The translations under genes were made by a program, and so were the position numbers. A stretch of 64,000 bases of DNA from Chara braunii (Eukaryota; Plantae; Charophyceae): contig BFEA01000041.1 in the NCBI GenBank assembly GCA_003427395.1, positions 2,449,770-2,513,769 on the forward strand, in the 5' to 3' direction. Position 1 is the stretch's first letter; every line of letters starts with the position of its first letter. Of this stretch, positions 1 through 14,009 are shown piece after piece. The notes beneath the pieces are model-generated. The model did no database searches. It had not been told where the DNA came from and saw nothing but the letters and a program-made list of their open reading frames with translations.

Positions 1-526
1 TAAATAAAAGGGCGATGCCCGATGCCGCGATCGCTTTGAGAGAAATTTAATCTTCCGCATAATCTTATAGGACATATTAGCCCTTTTTTCTCCCTGTCCG
101 GAATGCCACGAGGGTGAACTACTGGGGGTGATATGAGCAGCCCCCACTAGTACATTTTTTTAAAGGAAAAACTTTATGCACAGGGGGTTCTGCTTAACGG
201 GGTGATACGAGCATCCCCCTTAAGCAGATCCCTGTAATCGAAAGCTCCATCTATTGGTGGTGAGCAGCACCTGTTGGAAATCGGGTTCAGCGTCCCTGTA
301 CTGGGCCTGTAGTACAACATTACAGTTTTTTTAACAAACAGATCTGTAGTGTGCCCTAACTGCTAGAGCATTGTGAGAGCATCATGTCGGAACCATTCTC
401 ATGGTACAGTACTGTTCTCCGTTCCTAAGTACAGTCTGTAGTTGCTGTGCGCTCCATGCAAATTGTTCCAACTACCGTCGACTATTTGTAACTTTTTTTA
501 ACTGCAACATGATCTCAGAAGGCATT

Positions 527-606
<80 letters not shown>

Positions 607-1723
607 TCATTGCTTCCCCAACCAACGGGGAAGGATTGACCTCCTGTCAAGTGAGTCGTCAAATAGAGAGCGTTAACTTTCCAGAGGAAGCATCAGCAGG
701 CCAGCCAGATGAAGCGTCCGCGGGCCAGCCAGATGAAGCGTCAGCAGGCCAGCCAGGCGTCCACACAAGGAACCCTTTTTTTTTTTTTTAATATTGCTCC
801 AATCTATTCGTTTTTTTTTTGTTTTTTTTTTCATTAATGCATCTTATAACTCAGAGTGTGTTGTTTATTGTTTCCTAGGGCTATGACCATTTATGTCACA
901 TCCTGGGGCTCCGTTATCCCATAGAGCTGCCAGCATCACCCATCCCATATTGGAGCACCCCTTTTCTATTAGCCCTGCCTTATTCAGCAGCCCTCCTATT
1001 CGCTATTGCTATGGCTGTTTCTTTAAACCCGTGAAACCCTTTAAACCCTTTCCCTTCTCAGGGCCCATATAAAGCACATTCATAATCCTAGTGGCCTGAG
1101 GATCAGCAGGAGGTGGAATGCAATCCAATGCGAAGTCGCTTTTGAAGTGTAATGTAGTCCTGCATCTTGAAGGGAGAATCCACAGCTCCATGCACCTTGA
1201 GCTCTCAAACCGTTATGCCGTAGCCTGCCTGATCACAGCACCCCTTCGCTGGACTTCATTCATGGTGTAGGGGCCCTGCTCCCTTAGATGCGTCGGTGTT
1301 CATGGTTCCAGCTGCAGGGCATGCGGCAGTGACGGACATCAATCCCAGTGCTTCACGATGTATCAAATGGGACGCTGGACCCCGTTTCCAGCAGGTGATG
1401 CTCCCCACCAATAGATGGAGCAGCCCGATAGGTAAGCCCTCAATTCTGACGGTTCTCCTACCACCGCCAGAATAGAGGGATATCGCAAGGGCATTTCAAA
1501 AAAAAAAAGGGCATGCCGCAGTGAGACGACGGCTGTTGCTCCAGTCCTTGGTGTCATTACTGTTGTTGTCGTCTGTCAGTCCAACCTTCATTTGTCTTTC
1601 GTGTTGTTGCCAGCCAGTTGAGCGGTTGGCAGGAAGTGAGCGGGGGGAGGTGGTGGAGGAGCAGCGGGGGGAGGTGGAGCATGGAAGAGGGGAGGTGGCA
1701 GTGACGCCGGGGCAGTGGTGACT

Positions 1724-1761
1724 CTGTCTCTTATACACATCTAGATGTGTATAAGAGACAG
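1724..1761. other. Nextera mate-pair junction adapter (two inverted Tn5 mosaic ends); artefact
   Basis: Exact CTGTCTCTTATACACATCT+AGATGTGTATAAGAGACAG. Confidence 0.99.
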
Positions 1762-3339
1762 GAACAGCGCCCAGCGTCCCAACCTAATCAACCAGCGCCC
1801 TACCAGACGTCGAGTGGAAAACAGCACCCCGCAGCTCCGTTCTATTGGTGGGGAGCTTCACCTGCTGGAAACCAGGGCCAGTATTCCTGAGACAGTGAGA
1901 CACAAAACATTACATAAAGATGACCAGAGTATGAGAATGTCAAGAACCGGCGGCATCTATTGCCCTCACTTCCACCAGGAGATTGACTGACCGTGAGTGC
2001 CAATCCTTTGGAGGAGTCACTGCGCCTCTTCAGCCTGCTCACAGACCCCCATATTGAAAGCAGTAACCCAGGCTTGGTCCCTATTCAAGCCCCCTCCCTG
2101 CTCTTACCCCCTTCCATACCACCATATTGAAAGCAGCAACCCAGGCGTGGTCCCTCCTTAAGCCGCCTCCCTGCTCGTACCCCCTTCCACTCTGCGCCAT
2201 GATCTAATAAATATTGAGTGCCACTGGTAAAATTACAGCTCCACCAGTGACTGTCGATGTGAGGGAAACGTATCTGGAAAATCCGAGAGGGGCTGTAGCG
2301 GCACAGTTGCATCAATCTGTGTCCGATCGTCAAAGACTCAGCTCAGAATCCTTCCTGATTGGGTTCCGTCCCTGGCCTTCCCAGATCACTGTGATGGCCA
2401 TCCTCCCCATTACCCCCCCCCCCCCCAGCCAAGCCAGTCCTTGCAGAATGCGTTGAGTCCTGTAATTATGTCTGTTTTTTCATGAGAGAGAAATCCAGCT
2501 TCTGTTGTGCTGTGGCCCGTCGAGCCTGTACATCTGTTTGAATCTGCGTTTTTATGGTATCTGTGAACACTACCCTGTCCATTTTCACCCCTCCTCCCGT
2601 CTCTGATGTGCATGTCTTCCACTAGAGGGCCCACAGAATCACTTTCCACCCCAGGCTGAACATGCTTGTCGTTGCAGGCGTTTGCACCTGCTATACTCCC
2701 CTGCTCTTCGTAGGATTGCTCGCCAATCCCATGGTCAGTCGCAGTCCACACCCTGCTGCCGCCAGACACAATCCCACCATCGTCAGGTGATCGCGGCTTC
2801 CGGGCACTGCATGAAGATGTGTTCGTTTGTCTCTCGGATCTTCCGGGAAAGGAATCCCCGGGGACAAGACTTGAACCAGCCGGAGGGAAGGGCCATACAA
2901 ACGAATGCAATTGTTAAGGGACACTGGACCCGGTTTCCAGCAGGTGCCGCTCCCCACCAATAGATGGAGCCCTCCCCCGGGTGCTAGCGTTGTCTGCTCC
3001 TATCAGCATCGCTAGCATTGCAGAGGGCGTGTGTTTGAAAACAAAAAAAAAAAAAGGGAAGGGCCTCACCTTTGTGACCTAACTGAGTGTGATCGATCAG
3101 CCAGGCATTGGTGGGCAGGTGTCGGTGTTCGATCTGCCACTGCAAAGAAGCAATCTCTGTTGGCCGCAGCTTTGGCCCCTAGACCCAGCGGATCGGTTGC
3201 AGCTGGCCTCAAACAATGGTCCGGTGCTTCTTTTTTTTTTCCCCTTATTTTTAAACTTTATTTATTTTAATTAATTTATTTGAGTTTCATCCATCTGGTT
3301 TTTGTAAGGTCGTTTAGTCTCAACCAATGTAATGCTGTC

Positions 3340-3885
3340 TTCTGTCTAATCTGACAGGGCATAGGCTTCTCAGCCAGGTGGTTCAATCTTTTGACTAATC
3401 AAACAGGACATAGCCTTCCCAGGCAACTCAATCTTGTGCCCAAAGATTTAAAAATGACACGTTCTTTAAAAAAAGGTCCTTTTATCGCAAATCATTTATT
3501 GAAAAAAGTTAACAGGACATAGCCTTCTCAGCCCTTGGCCCCTTGCATTTCAATCTTATGTCTAATCTGACAGGACATAGCCTTCCCAGGCAACTCAATC
3601 TTGTGCCTAATCTGACAGGACATAGCCTTCTCAGACACGTGATTCAATCTTTTGACTTATTCCGGCAGGACATATAGCCTTCTCAGTCAGGTGATTCAAG
3701 TTTTTGACTATTCTGGCAGGACATAGCCTTCCCAGGCAGCCCAATCTTGTGCCTAATCTGACAGGACATAGCCTTCTCAGTCCTTGCATTTCAATCTTCT
3801 GTCTAATCTGACAGGACGTAGCTTTTTCGGCCACCGTTATTAAATCTTCCGTCTAATCTGACCAAACATAGCCCTCTCAGCCCAT
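3340..3885. repeat. Minisatellite, ~45-60-bp units (TAATCTGACAGGACATAGCCTTC)
   Basis: About 10 degenerate copies are visible. Confidence 0.9.
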
Positions 3886-4621
3886 CCCAGGTAATTTTCT
3901 ACCTTCTGTCTCTGATCTTGTACTTTCTGAACCCTACAGTGTCAAAGGGGAGAAAAAAAAAAAGATAAGAAGAGACGCACTTCTTCTGATGGGTTTTACG
4001 ATCCGTAACTTGTTGTCTTTTTCATAAAAAATGCCTCCGGCTCGGAGCCACTTTTCCCCTATGCAGATTTCCCCTGCGTGCGGAGGAAAAAAAACGAACC
4101 GTTTTTTTCTACATGGTGCCGTCAGCCATTCCGGGCCCATACACAGTGCTTTAACGGTCGCGTCAGAACAAAATCGCTGGGAAAGGAACTGGTGGGGGTC
4201 TAAACCACCAGTTCATCCAGCTCATGTGTCACACAACCTAAAGAGCTAAATTAACAAACCAAGAAAATGTATTTTGCCGAGCCTAAAAATGACCGGTACC
4301 CCCTGTTGGAAAAATCAACACAGTACGGGTACTGGCCTCTGTATTATTGAAAAGTCTGTGCCTTGCACATAAATTTTGGGCCCGGAAGTGAGCAGTTCAT
4401 CCGCTGCTCAACCGGCCGGCCCTGGGCCAAATGGCCAAGACGGGCAGTACTCGTGTACGAAAACGGATCATGAATAGTTACTTTCGACGAAGTGGTGGTT
4501 GAAAGCAGGATTGAGATATCACCCCTTAACTGAAAAAAAAAAAAAAAGAGAGAGAGATCACCCTTGAGCTAACTGGCCCAGGTAGTCAATCTCCGGTCCG
4601 CTGTGATAGATTGTGGCCTTC

Positions 4622-4925
4622 CCAGCCAGGGTGACATTTCCAGCCCTCAAGAGAAACCCAGCAGCTAGTATATGCTCTCTCCCACATACTGAGAGAGTCA
4701 AGCTGCACAAGTCCCATGGTCCCATGGTCCCATGGTCCCATGGACTGGGTGAGCGACAGTACCAGAGGTCAAGCTGGTAGTGCTAATGCCGTTTGTAGCA
4801 TCAGTTGCTGTGCCTAAGTTCGCCCCTCCCCCTCGCAACATCAGCAGTGTCTGCCCATGCCACTCCGGGCGGGGGAGATGGGGGACAGACTATGTCTACG
4901 TGTTGGGCACCCAGTGGGCCCAGGT
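4622..4925. repeat. Dispersed ~300-bp repeat family A (second copy at 10603-10885)
   Basis: Shared CAGCCAGGGTGAC, CCCACATACTGA, CCCATGGTCCCATGGACTGGGT and AACATCAGCAGTGTCTGCCC. Confidence 0.8.
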
Positions 4926-6127
4926 AAGTAATGAGGCCATGGGAACTGAGTGCATAATATAATAACTTATTAATTTTGAGAACAAAAAACAAGGGAGATG
5001 ATAAACTACCTCCAGGATGGTCCTGATCGGCCTGTAATTGAGGTGCCACTCTTTTCTTCTAAAGTACTGGAGGGCTAGGTGTAGATTCCATATGTTTCTC
5101 CTTGAGCGTTTGAGATGGTGAAGGGTTACAGCTTTCCCCGTCGGTGCTTTCTCCTCCGGTGGTCATGGGGAGAACCTGAGGTACCGAGTTCCTGCGTCCC
5201 ACGAGGAAGCAAACAAGTAAATCATACATTCAGAACAACACACACAAAAAAAAAAAAACGTAGAAATACTAAAATAGACTTGAAAGGTTGAACGGAAAAA
5301 GGTCGTGACTCATGTGTTAAAGGTCGCAAGACTCGAAAAGGAGTAAAGGAGTCCTTGGGGACATCTATTAAAACGGAACTATCCCATCTAGACAGAGGAG
5401 ATTACCATGGGGCCTGAGCAATGATGACATAATTTTTTTTTTTGAGAAACAGTCGAAATATAAAAGAAAAAGGTAAGCCCAGGCTGTTGTAGAGGCCAGG
5501 TTCCAAGACACACGGTGGTCGCTGCATCAGCCAGAGACCGGTTGTCCTGCCAATTGTTCCATTGTGAGACTGCCCCCCAAACCATCCTCTCATCAATTCT
5601 CCCAGTGCGCCCCTCCATTCCTACTATCCCACTATCCTACCTCAGTGTTAATCACCTTGGACTATCACCTCATTATCTCAGAGCATGACTTGCCAATGGA
5701 CCGAATAGCAGTACAGGCACTAGGAGTAGGCAAGCTCATCGGGAAAAGCCCAGACTGGCCCAGCTTACCCAAGGCTTACGAGGCTGATCACAGACACGCC
5801 CAGAACGGCTATTGACCTCTTCCCAGCCCTACATGTAGTTGAAGCACAGACGAGCGAGCCTTGTCACCGGGAACTTCAGACGCCAGGCACAAGCAGTATC
5901 CTACCAGCCCCAAAATTACTACCCAGATTCCTACCGAGGCACCAGAGTCAGACAGACTCAACGGACAAGCCCTGACTGACCCAGCTCGCCCAGGGCTAGG
6001 CGGATCATGGACAAGCCCGGAGCAGGTGTTAAAACCCCTACCCAAGCCTAGTTGCTGACCCAATATCGGAAGGCCCCTCCAAGCCCAGATTGAGTCTATG
6101 ACAACCCTAGTGAGGACTGGATACCCC

Positions 6128-6167
<40 letters not shown>

Positions 6168-8239
6168 GCACTCTCACTCACCCACCCGCACTTCGCCCAG
6201 CTATCCGCCCCGGCGCTTCCCCGTTAACGCGCCACGTCGGCAGGGATTCGGGGTACCGGACCACAATGGCTGGAAGCGCCAGCCAAAAGAAATTTGAAAC
6301 AACACCCTGCCGGTTCGGCAAAACTTGGCGTGCAGGGGGTCGGCCGGCTCGGCATCGATAGCTGGGCCAAGTACTGGTGGTTTACTGTATGTGTGCCCAT
6401 AGGCTATATGTACTACCATAGGCTAGGCTAGGCTATGTATCTGTGTTTCTGTATGTGTGCCCATAGGCTATATGTACTACCATAGGCTAGGCTATGTATC
6501 TGTAAATGTATATGTAATGTTGTCAGCTGTATTTATGCATAGGCCATATCCATCCGTAAGCATCATATGTGTATTCGTAGACTGTATATGTCGTGTATAG
6601 AAATTATGCTGCTCTGTGTATTTGAATCCACGTTCATCATTGTATAACAGGCATCCTCAATCACATGTACTACAGTTTCAAATGGTGCCAATGCGCATTC
6701 ACAACTGGTGCCCTAACCACTGAGCCACAAGCCAACTTGTCCAAGCTGTATCTCCAAGCCCCTTTTTCTTCAGGTAGATTTCTGCTGCTCGCTGACAAAG
6801 AATGAACGGTGTGGACTTTTTTTTCTGTTTTCTTGCCTGGTGGTAGGCTGAGGCAAAGAACACAGGACAGTGGGGGAAAATGCCCAGAGAACATTTTCAG
6901 ATCCAGCGAGAGGCAACAAGCCTATGGGGTGACCGACGCCAGCGCTGCTGAAGCAGCGCTGGGGACGCTGCCCACTGTTGCGGCAAATGGCTAGGGAAGC
7001 GTGCGCCCCTAGCGGGCTTTTGCACGCCACGTCTGCACATACGGCATGGCTTGATTACGATGCCTATCAGGGTTGAGACCCCCAATTTCAGGACACTTCC
7101 AGAGGCTGAACATCTCTCAACATACCTATCACAACATAATCTCAATAAGGGAGTTCAGTAAGTCGTGATCATGACATATAATCTACAATAACTTCCATAA
7201 CAATCTCAAATTACCCGGGGCCGGTCACCTGTGGATATCTCAAGACTACCGCCCTTTAGAAAAAAGGCAAAAAAGGGACTTTTTCACTTATTTATGGCCA
7301 TAATTGCTGTCATATACCTCCAGGTTCAGCTGTAGTCAGGTCACCAACAGGCCGGTCACTCTCCCGCGCGTCCTTTGTCCATGTCAGCTGCGGCAGCCCT
7401 GCGGTGCCTGGGCGCTCTTTCCCGTCCTCCTTACGACGACAGGGAAAGATGCCGATGTTACCAAGTTTCAGACGGGCATATGCGAGGGGAATCTTTGGAG
7501 CAGGAAAAAAAAAAAAAAAGAATCTTTGGAGCAGGCCATCACGGCAATCGGTAGCAGTGGTGGTTAATCAGCATTCATTGGTGCTCAGGGATTTCAATCA
7601 TCTTCATGTGCTGGTGCGGCTAGGAGTCACCTCGACGAACCAGGAATCATCATCATCATCATCGTCATCATCATCATTAACATTCATTGATGGACGTGGA
7701 TACTGGAGAATGGGGAGGGAGGTAACAGGGCGAAGATGGAAAAGATCCTCCCATCTTTTTTTCATTCTTCACTCTTCTTCTCCCCCCCTTTCCCCCCCCC
7801 CCCTCCTGCTTCCCTTTTCTCCTCCGCTCCCTTCCGTTTCAACTCCTTATTCTTCTATCCCTCCACTCTCACCTTTCTCTGCCCTTTCTTCTCCATTCAC
7901 TTTTTGTCTCTGCTCTGCTTTTGGGTGTTCTGCTCTCCTCGTCCAGGAGGGGTGTAGCGGAGTTGGGAGGAAGCAGAGGAGGGAAGGGTGTTGGAGGGGG
8001 AGGGGTATATAGCAGGAGGAGGTAAAGGAGGGAGAGAAGGGGAGAGGTGGTGGCCGCAGAGGTGGGGGATTAGAAATGTCGGGAGAAAAAAGGGGCGGGC
8101 GGGGTATGAATATCACGTCTCTTCCATTTTAACAATTGGTTTGTTTCTATTCCTATTAGGAATCGTAATTCAATTTTCATCTATTCTCTACTTATCAACT
8201 TATTCTCAGCCTAACCATCCCGCCTACTCATCAACCTCC

Positions 8240-8300
8240 TAATCAATCATAATCAATCATAATCAATCATAATCAATCATAATCAATCATAATCAATCAT
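8240..8300. repeat. (AATCAATCAT)6 tandem repeat
   Basis: Directly visible. Confidence 0.95.
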
Positions 8301-8599
8301 CAACCTTGTCATCAACCCAATTATCAACTTAGTCAATGGTCATCAACCTACATATTTCCTACTACAATTATTTTTCAATAATTTTCTAATTTTGAACTGT
8401 TTACTTTCCCCGTATTCACTTTTCCTAAGGTATAGCCTAAATAACCAAACACCTACAGACCTAAATGTCTCATCGGTATCACATGTCTCAAGTTTATGTC
8501 CCACTCCACATACTTCGATCATGAACTTCTCTGGCCTTCGTCTAAATTTCAGCCTTCATTTTTTCGTTCTCCCGGTGCATTGATGGGGCTTATGCTTGG

Positions 8600-10260
8600 C
8601 GAATTGGCGGGCTGGTTTTGAGGAGGAAAGCACTATCCCCCATGGACCCGGAAGGGTGTCGGAAGGTGGGAGGTGAATACCCTGGAGGGGGTAGATTGGG
8701 GCCGCCTTTTTTCTGGGGCTGGGATGGATGTGACGACGACATCATATCCTAGCGGGGGAAGAAACAAGTGAGGGATTGTCAGCGGCATACTTTGGGCGGG
8801 AACTGTATGTCTTTGAGGGAACAGGGCGTGGGAAGGGAGTCTGCCCACGCTGGGGTCGAGGAGGGTGTGGCTGCAGTCAGGGCCATTCTTCTCGGCGGGG
8901 GCAGCATAGAGACAGGGGCCCAGGGAGCGGAAGGGGGCCTTTTAGGGCGCCGCCCGCATCACTATTCTAACCGTAGCCTGCTGTTGCAATTGATTCTCAG
9001 CAATCATCGGCAACCCTCGCTCTTCTACCGAATCCGGATCCCGGATTCCAATGATGGCGAAAGCTTATCTGTTATCATACGAAGCTGCGATGTTTGCTTA
9101 TTGTTTGGCGGATGCCAGAACGATGCTGGTTGGAGCTGCGGTGCAGCCCTGTAACCTGTTTTTGCAGGGCCATGAGGCCTGGTAGAGAGATCTGGGGATT
9201 TAGTCGAGGGAGGAAGGCAATCCAGTGACTGACTGAGAACAGCTGGCAGGTGAACAAGGGACGGAGCTGGGGTGGGGACCGCTGCCCTGTAGCCTAGTAT
9301 GTTGGGGGCGTGAGGCGGGTTATAGGTCAGTGAAAACAGGACAGCAATGGTGGGCTTCAAATGAGCTTCAAGTGTCACGCGGAGTGCGGGTGTTTGGTGG
9401 AGGTGAGGCTAGAAGATGCTGACAGTTTCATTACCATCACTCGTGGACAGCTTTGAGCTTCCACAGATGCTGGATCCAGATGTTCAGTAGAGATAGAGGC
9501 TAGCTGGGGTGGGTCACGCTGCCCTCTAGCCTGAGTATGTTGGGGGCGTGTGGCCAGGTACAGTTCTGGTAGTGAAAACAGGACAACTATGGCGGGCTTC
9601 GAATGAGTTTGAAGTGTCACTCGGAGGGTGGGTGTTTGGTGGAGGTGAGGCTAGAAGATGCTGATGGTTTCATTAACATCAATCTTGGACAGCTTTGAGC
9701 TTCTTTTTTTTTTTTTTTTTTTNNNNNNNNNNNNNNNNNNNNNNNNNNNNNNNNNNNNNNNNNNNNNNNNNNNNNNNNNNNNNNNNNNNNNNGTGCTGGG
9801 AACCGGGCCCAGCCATCTGTAAATTTTCCATACAGCTTTGAGCTTCTACAGATGCTGGATCCAGATTTTCAGTGGTGACAGAGGCTCATCCGATGCCAGA
9901 CGAAGCTTCTGTGTCTCATAGTCTAGGTTAGCCGTTGCCAGAACGACAAAAAAAAAAAAAAAAAAAAAAAAAAAGGAAGGGCATGCTCAGGCCCGACAAA
10001 AAAAAAAGAAGGACACTGGCTGGTGCTGGGGCATTTGCCCTGTAACCTGTTTAGGCAGGGGCGTGAGGCCGGGCAGAGAGATCTGGGGATTGTCGAGAGG
10101 GGGCGGCAATCCCCAGTGGCTAAATGGGGGCTGCTGTGAGGACAACGATGGTTGGAGCTGGGGCCGGTCACGCTGGCCTGTAGCTCAGCAGGTTGAGGGC
10201 AAGAGGCGAGGTAGAGGCTTGGAATTGAGATCAGGGACGCTCCGGATGGGATTGGCTGGT
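8600..10260. repeat. Repeat family C with internal ~240-bp tandem duplication; inverted homolog at ~13100-13720
   Basis: 9330-9460 resembles 9572-9703; 9110-9230 is the reverse complement of 13135-13255; 8785-8820 is the reverse complement of 13540-13577. Confidence 0.7.
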
Positions 10261-10345
10261 TGGGCCTATAGCGTTACTTAGAATGGGTGGTCTGGTAGAA
10301 GTGAGGTTTAGAGTAGTTCATGAATTTCCTGCGTCATATTTTATC

Positions 10346-10377
<32 letters not shown>

Positions 10378-10937
10378 TATCACTATTATTTAGCCGAAGC
10401 CGGGTAATGGCCCCCGGTATTTCAGAACTTTTCTGCATAATTTCACGAGGGATGCTGGGCCCGGTTCCCAGCACATGCTGCTCCCCACGAATAGTTACTG
10501 ATCAACGTGCTTCTAGGGCATCAGGCCCCGCCCTGCACGCACGGCCTCGAACTGGCACCCTCTTCTCTTAAAAACAAAACAAAACAAAAAAGATGGGGAG
10601 GCACAGCCAGGGTGACAGGGTGACTTTGCAGCCCTCAAGGGAGCCCCAGCAGCTATATGCTCGCCCACATACTGATTAGAGACAAGCTGCACCAGCCCCA
10701 TGGTCCCATGGACTGGGTGGGTAACACTACCAGGGGTCAGCTGGTAGTGCTATGGCCCTTGGTATTGTTAGACGCTGCACCTTCCCTCTTCCCTCCCCCT
10801 CCTAACATCAGCAGTGTCTGCCCTGCCACTTCGGGAGGGAGACAGGTTATCTCTAGGTGTTGGGCAACATGCACGCCCAGGTAACTACTTGCTCAAAAAA
10901 GGGGCCGAATGGGGCTCATAGAGGCAATGGCCTCACA

Positions 10938-10951
10938 TTCCCTCCTCCTTA
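10938..10951 (-). promoter_or_regulatory. Polypurine tract (TAAGGAGGAGGGAA)
   Basis: Directly precedes the TGT start of the 3' LTR remnant. Confidence 0.8.
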
Positions 10952-10974
10952 GCTTCAACAGTCCTCTGAGAGGC

Positions 10975-12387
10975 TCAGTCTTCGACCATCGGGCGCTTTC
11001 CTTTCTGCAGCGATTTCTCGTAGTGGGCTACAACATGAGGAGCGGTCTGCATAAGTTCCTCCCTGGTGAACCAGCGGTCCTCCTTAGGATCAGTATGATG
11101 TCGGAACCGAACGCGGTACTGCAGCTTCGGTTTCGGAGGACGTCCCCTGCCTGTTGGTCTTGGAACTGGCAGCTCTCTGTGGTCCACGATATCGTCGATA
11201 TCCACCTCTCCATCCATGGTTGGGGGCAGCATTGAGCGACGAGATGGAAACTGATCTGTTTCTTTGAAAGGTGCAAACTTGGAGGCGTGAAAGACAGGGT
11301 AAGTACGGACATGACCAGGGATCCGGATTACATAAGATGGCCCATCTGGATCAATCCCGACAATATCTAAGACTTCCCATGGCCCGAAGTACTGTGGCAT
11401 GAGTTTGCGGGAAATCCCCTACTCCTGTCCCAGTTCTGAGGACTTTACCCAGACTCTGTCCCCAACCTGAAACGTGGAAGGTCGGGGGCGTCTATTCTCA
11501 GACTCTATCATTGCTGCCTGTGCCTTCTGCATCTGTTCTACCACCTGCTGCATCTTCTGTTCATACCTGTAGGCAAACTCTAAAGTACCTGGTGCAGCAG
11601 TTGACTGATTCTCAGGAAGGAGAAAGTCTAAGGGTAGTCTAGGTTTGAAAGTCAATAGCAAACTGTTTGGGCTCACCCCGGTGGCGTTGTGTACAACGTT
11701 GCTATACAGACTGGCGATGAGAGCAAACTTCTCATCCCAGTCCACCTGGTTGGGCTTGATGTAATGCCTCAACAGGTGTTGTACAGTGCGATTCAGTTGC
11801 TCGGCCTGACCGTTGGCCTCTGGGTGATTCTCTGCAACTGGGTTCCCTGCTCTGCAGCAGCGGCCTTCCACAATTCGCTAGTGAAGCGGACATCTCTGTC
11901 GCTCACTATGGATTTGGGCAATCCAAAATCCCTGACCCAATTCTCTTTGAACAATCTGATTACGTACTCGGTCTTCGCAGTCTCCGGCATGGCTATTAAT
12001 CTAGCATACTTACTAAATCTATCCACAATGACGAAAATGTGTCTCATCCCACTCTTGTTGGTAACCAGCGTATCCATGAAGTCCATGGACAAACTCTCAC
12101 CAAGCCTTTCCGGATGAAGGGGCTTCAGGAGCCCAAAAGGAGCCTGAGTATGTGGCTTGTCTCTCTGACAGACCTGACAAGTCTCCACGTACAGTTGGGC
12201 ATCTCTCATCATTGTGGGCCACCAGAACTGCTGCAGCAGGTTAGCTGCGGTCTTCTTGTACCCAAAATGACCGGTGGCATCATGACACTCTCCTAAAAAT
12301 AAACTACGCAAAGACTCCCTATTAGGCACACACATATGTTTATTCCCTGCCTTCTCAAGGAACAGCAGGCAATTGACCAACTCAAAC
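10975..12387 (-). pseudogene. Gypsy integrase (HHCC, DDE) with C-terminal chromodomain
   Basis: HDATGHFG..CQVCQ; SMDF..VDRFSK..SDRD; NGQAEQLN; IDDIVDHR..YRVRF..DRW. Confidence 0.93.
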
Positions 12388-14009
12388 TTTTTTTTTTTTT
12401 TTTTTTTTTNNNNNNNNNNNNNNNNNNNNNNNNNNNNNNNNNNNNNNNNNNNNNNNNNNNNNNNNNNNNNNNNNNNNNNNNNNNNNNNNNNNNNNNNNNN
12501 NNNNNNNNNNNNNNNNNNNNNNNNNNNNNNNNNNNNNNNNNNNNNNNNNNNNNNNNNNNNNNNNNNNNNNNNNNNNNNNNNNNNNNNNNNNNNNNNNNNN
12601 NNNNNNNNNNNNNNNNNNNNNNNNNNNNNNNNNNNNNNNNNNNNNNNNNNNNNNNNNNNNNNNNNNNNNNNNNNNNNNNNNNNNNNNNNNNNNNNNNNNN
12701 NNNNNNNNNNNNNNNNNNNNNNNNNNNNNNNNNNNNNNNNNNNNCGGCATACCAGGGGCACAGAACAAAGCAACTATGTAGATATCAGCCCGGATTCTAC
12801 CATCTATGAAATCCTATATCCCGAATCAGGAAAAAGGCCAAATGCCGCCAAGAATTACAAAACACCAGAAAGCTGAATACCACATGGATACAACATGATT
12901 TTTTTTATTTTTTATTTTACTAGTCATCCCTTAAAACTAGAAGCACTTGTTGTTGTGAAAAGGCTATACTATAACAGCAATGCCTGGCCTCACAATCCAT
13001 GAGCAACCTAGTCATCCCTTATACCAAATACACAACCCCAGAGACAATACTTTCGCCAGCCATAGCTGATGTGATCTTGCCACCAAGACCTAACCCGACC
13101 CTTTAGGTTGTCAAGGCAGCTCCCCCCAGTTCGCCACCGGATTGCCTTCCTCCCTCGACTAATCCCTAGATCTCTCTACCAGGCCTCACGCTCCTGTTAC
13201 TAGCAGGTCACAGGGCTAACACCCCAGCATTGGCCAGCGTCGTTCTAGCATCGGCAAACCTAGAGCCCGTAACACATTAACTTAGCAAACATCAGTCAGG
13301 ATTCTACCATCTCTAAAAACATGTATTTTATATAAAGGGAAAACCAAATATCGCATAGGATTACAAAAAACAGGTACTAAGCTTGATATAGCATAATTAG
13401 TGTTTACACCTAAGATTAGTCTCCCCCCTTCCCTCCATTCCACCCTGTCCCAATGTTGCCTCCGCCGAAACGGATTACCCAGATTGTAGGTAACCCATCA
13501 CAGCCCCAACTTGGGACAGTCCCACCTTCGCCCCCTTTATCCCACCAAAGCATACAGTTCCCTCCCAAAGTATGCCTCAACCAACCTTTTGCACTAAACT
13601 GCCCCCGCTGGTGTGAGTGCCCCCACCTCAACCCCAGAATAAGACAACCCACAAACTCTGCTCACACCCCCTCCAGGACTTCACCTCCCACCTTGCGTCG
13701 CCCCTGCAGAGTGGATCTCTCCCTAGTTTACTCAACCTGCCATCCACTAAAAAAAAAAAAAACCGTCAATGCTCAGAGAGGAGAATATAAATATCAGGAA
13801 CGAAACTGGCATAATTTTGAACCAAGAAACGTACTCTGGAGAAATTTTGAAGACCATATTTATAAAATAGAATTAGGTAAAAAGTCAGCTTATGTAATCA
13901 ATTGTAGCGAAAATAAAAACCTGAAAAGTGAGATTCAGATTGGAGATTCAGAATTTCAGAAATTAAATTGGAAAGTGAAGATGCAGATTGGGAGATTCAG
14001 AAATTCGAA
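12388..14009 (-). mobile_element. Poly(A)-tailed insertion splitting the Gypsy RH-IN linker (contains an N gap)
   Basis: Pol reads ...KDKGTSAK at ~14010 and resumes FELVNCLLFLEK at 12387; poly-T at 12388-12409; interior is inverted-homologous to ~8600-9300. Confidence 0.65.

Noticed and set aside
3340-3885. CRISPR-like repeat-spacer array
   Set aside because: The 'spacers' are homologous to each other, the context is eukaryotic and there are no cas genes. It is a minisatellite.
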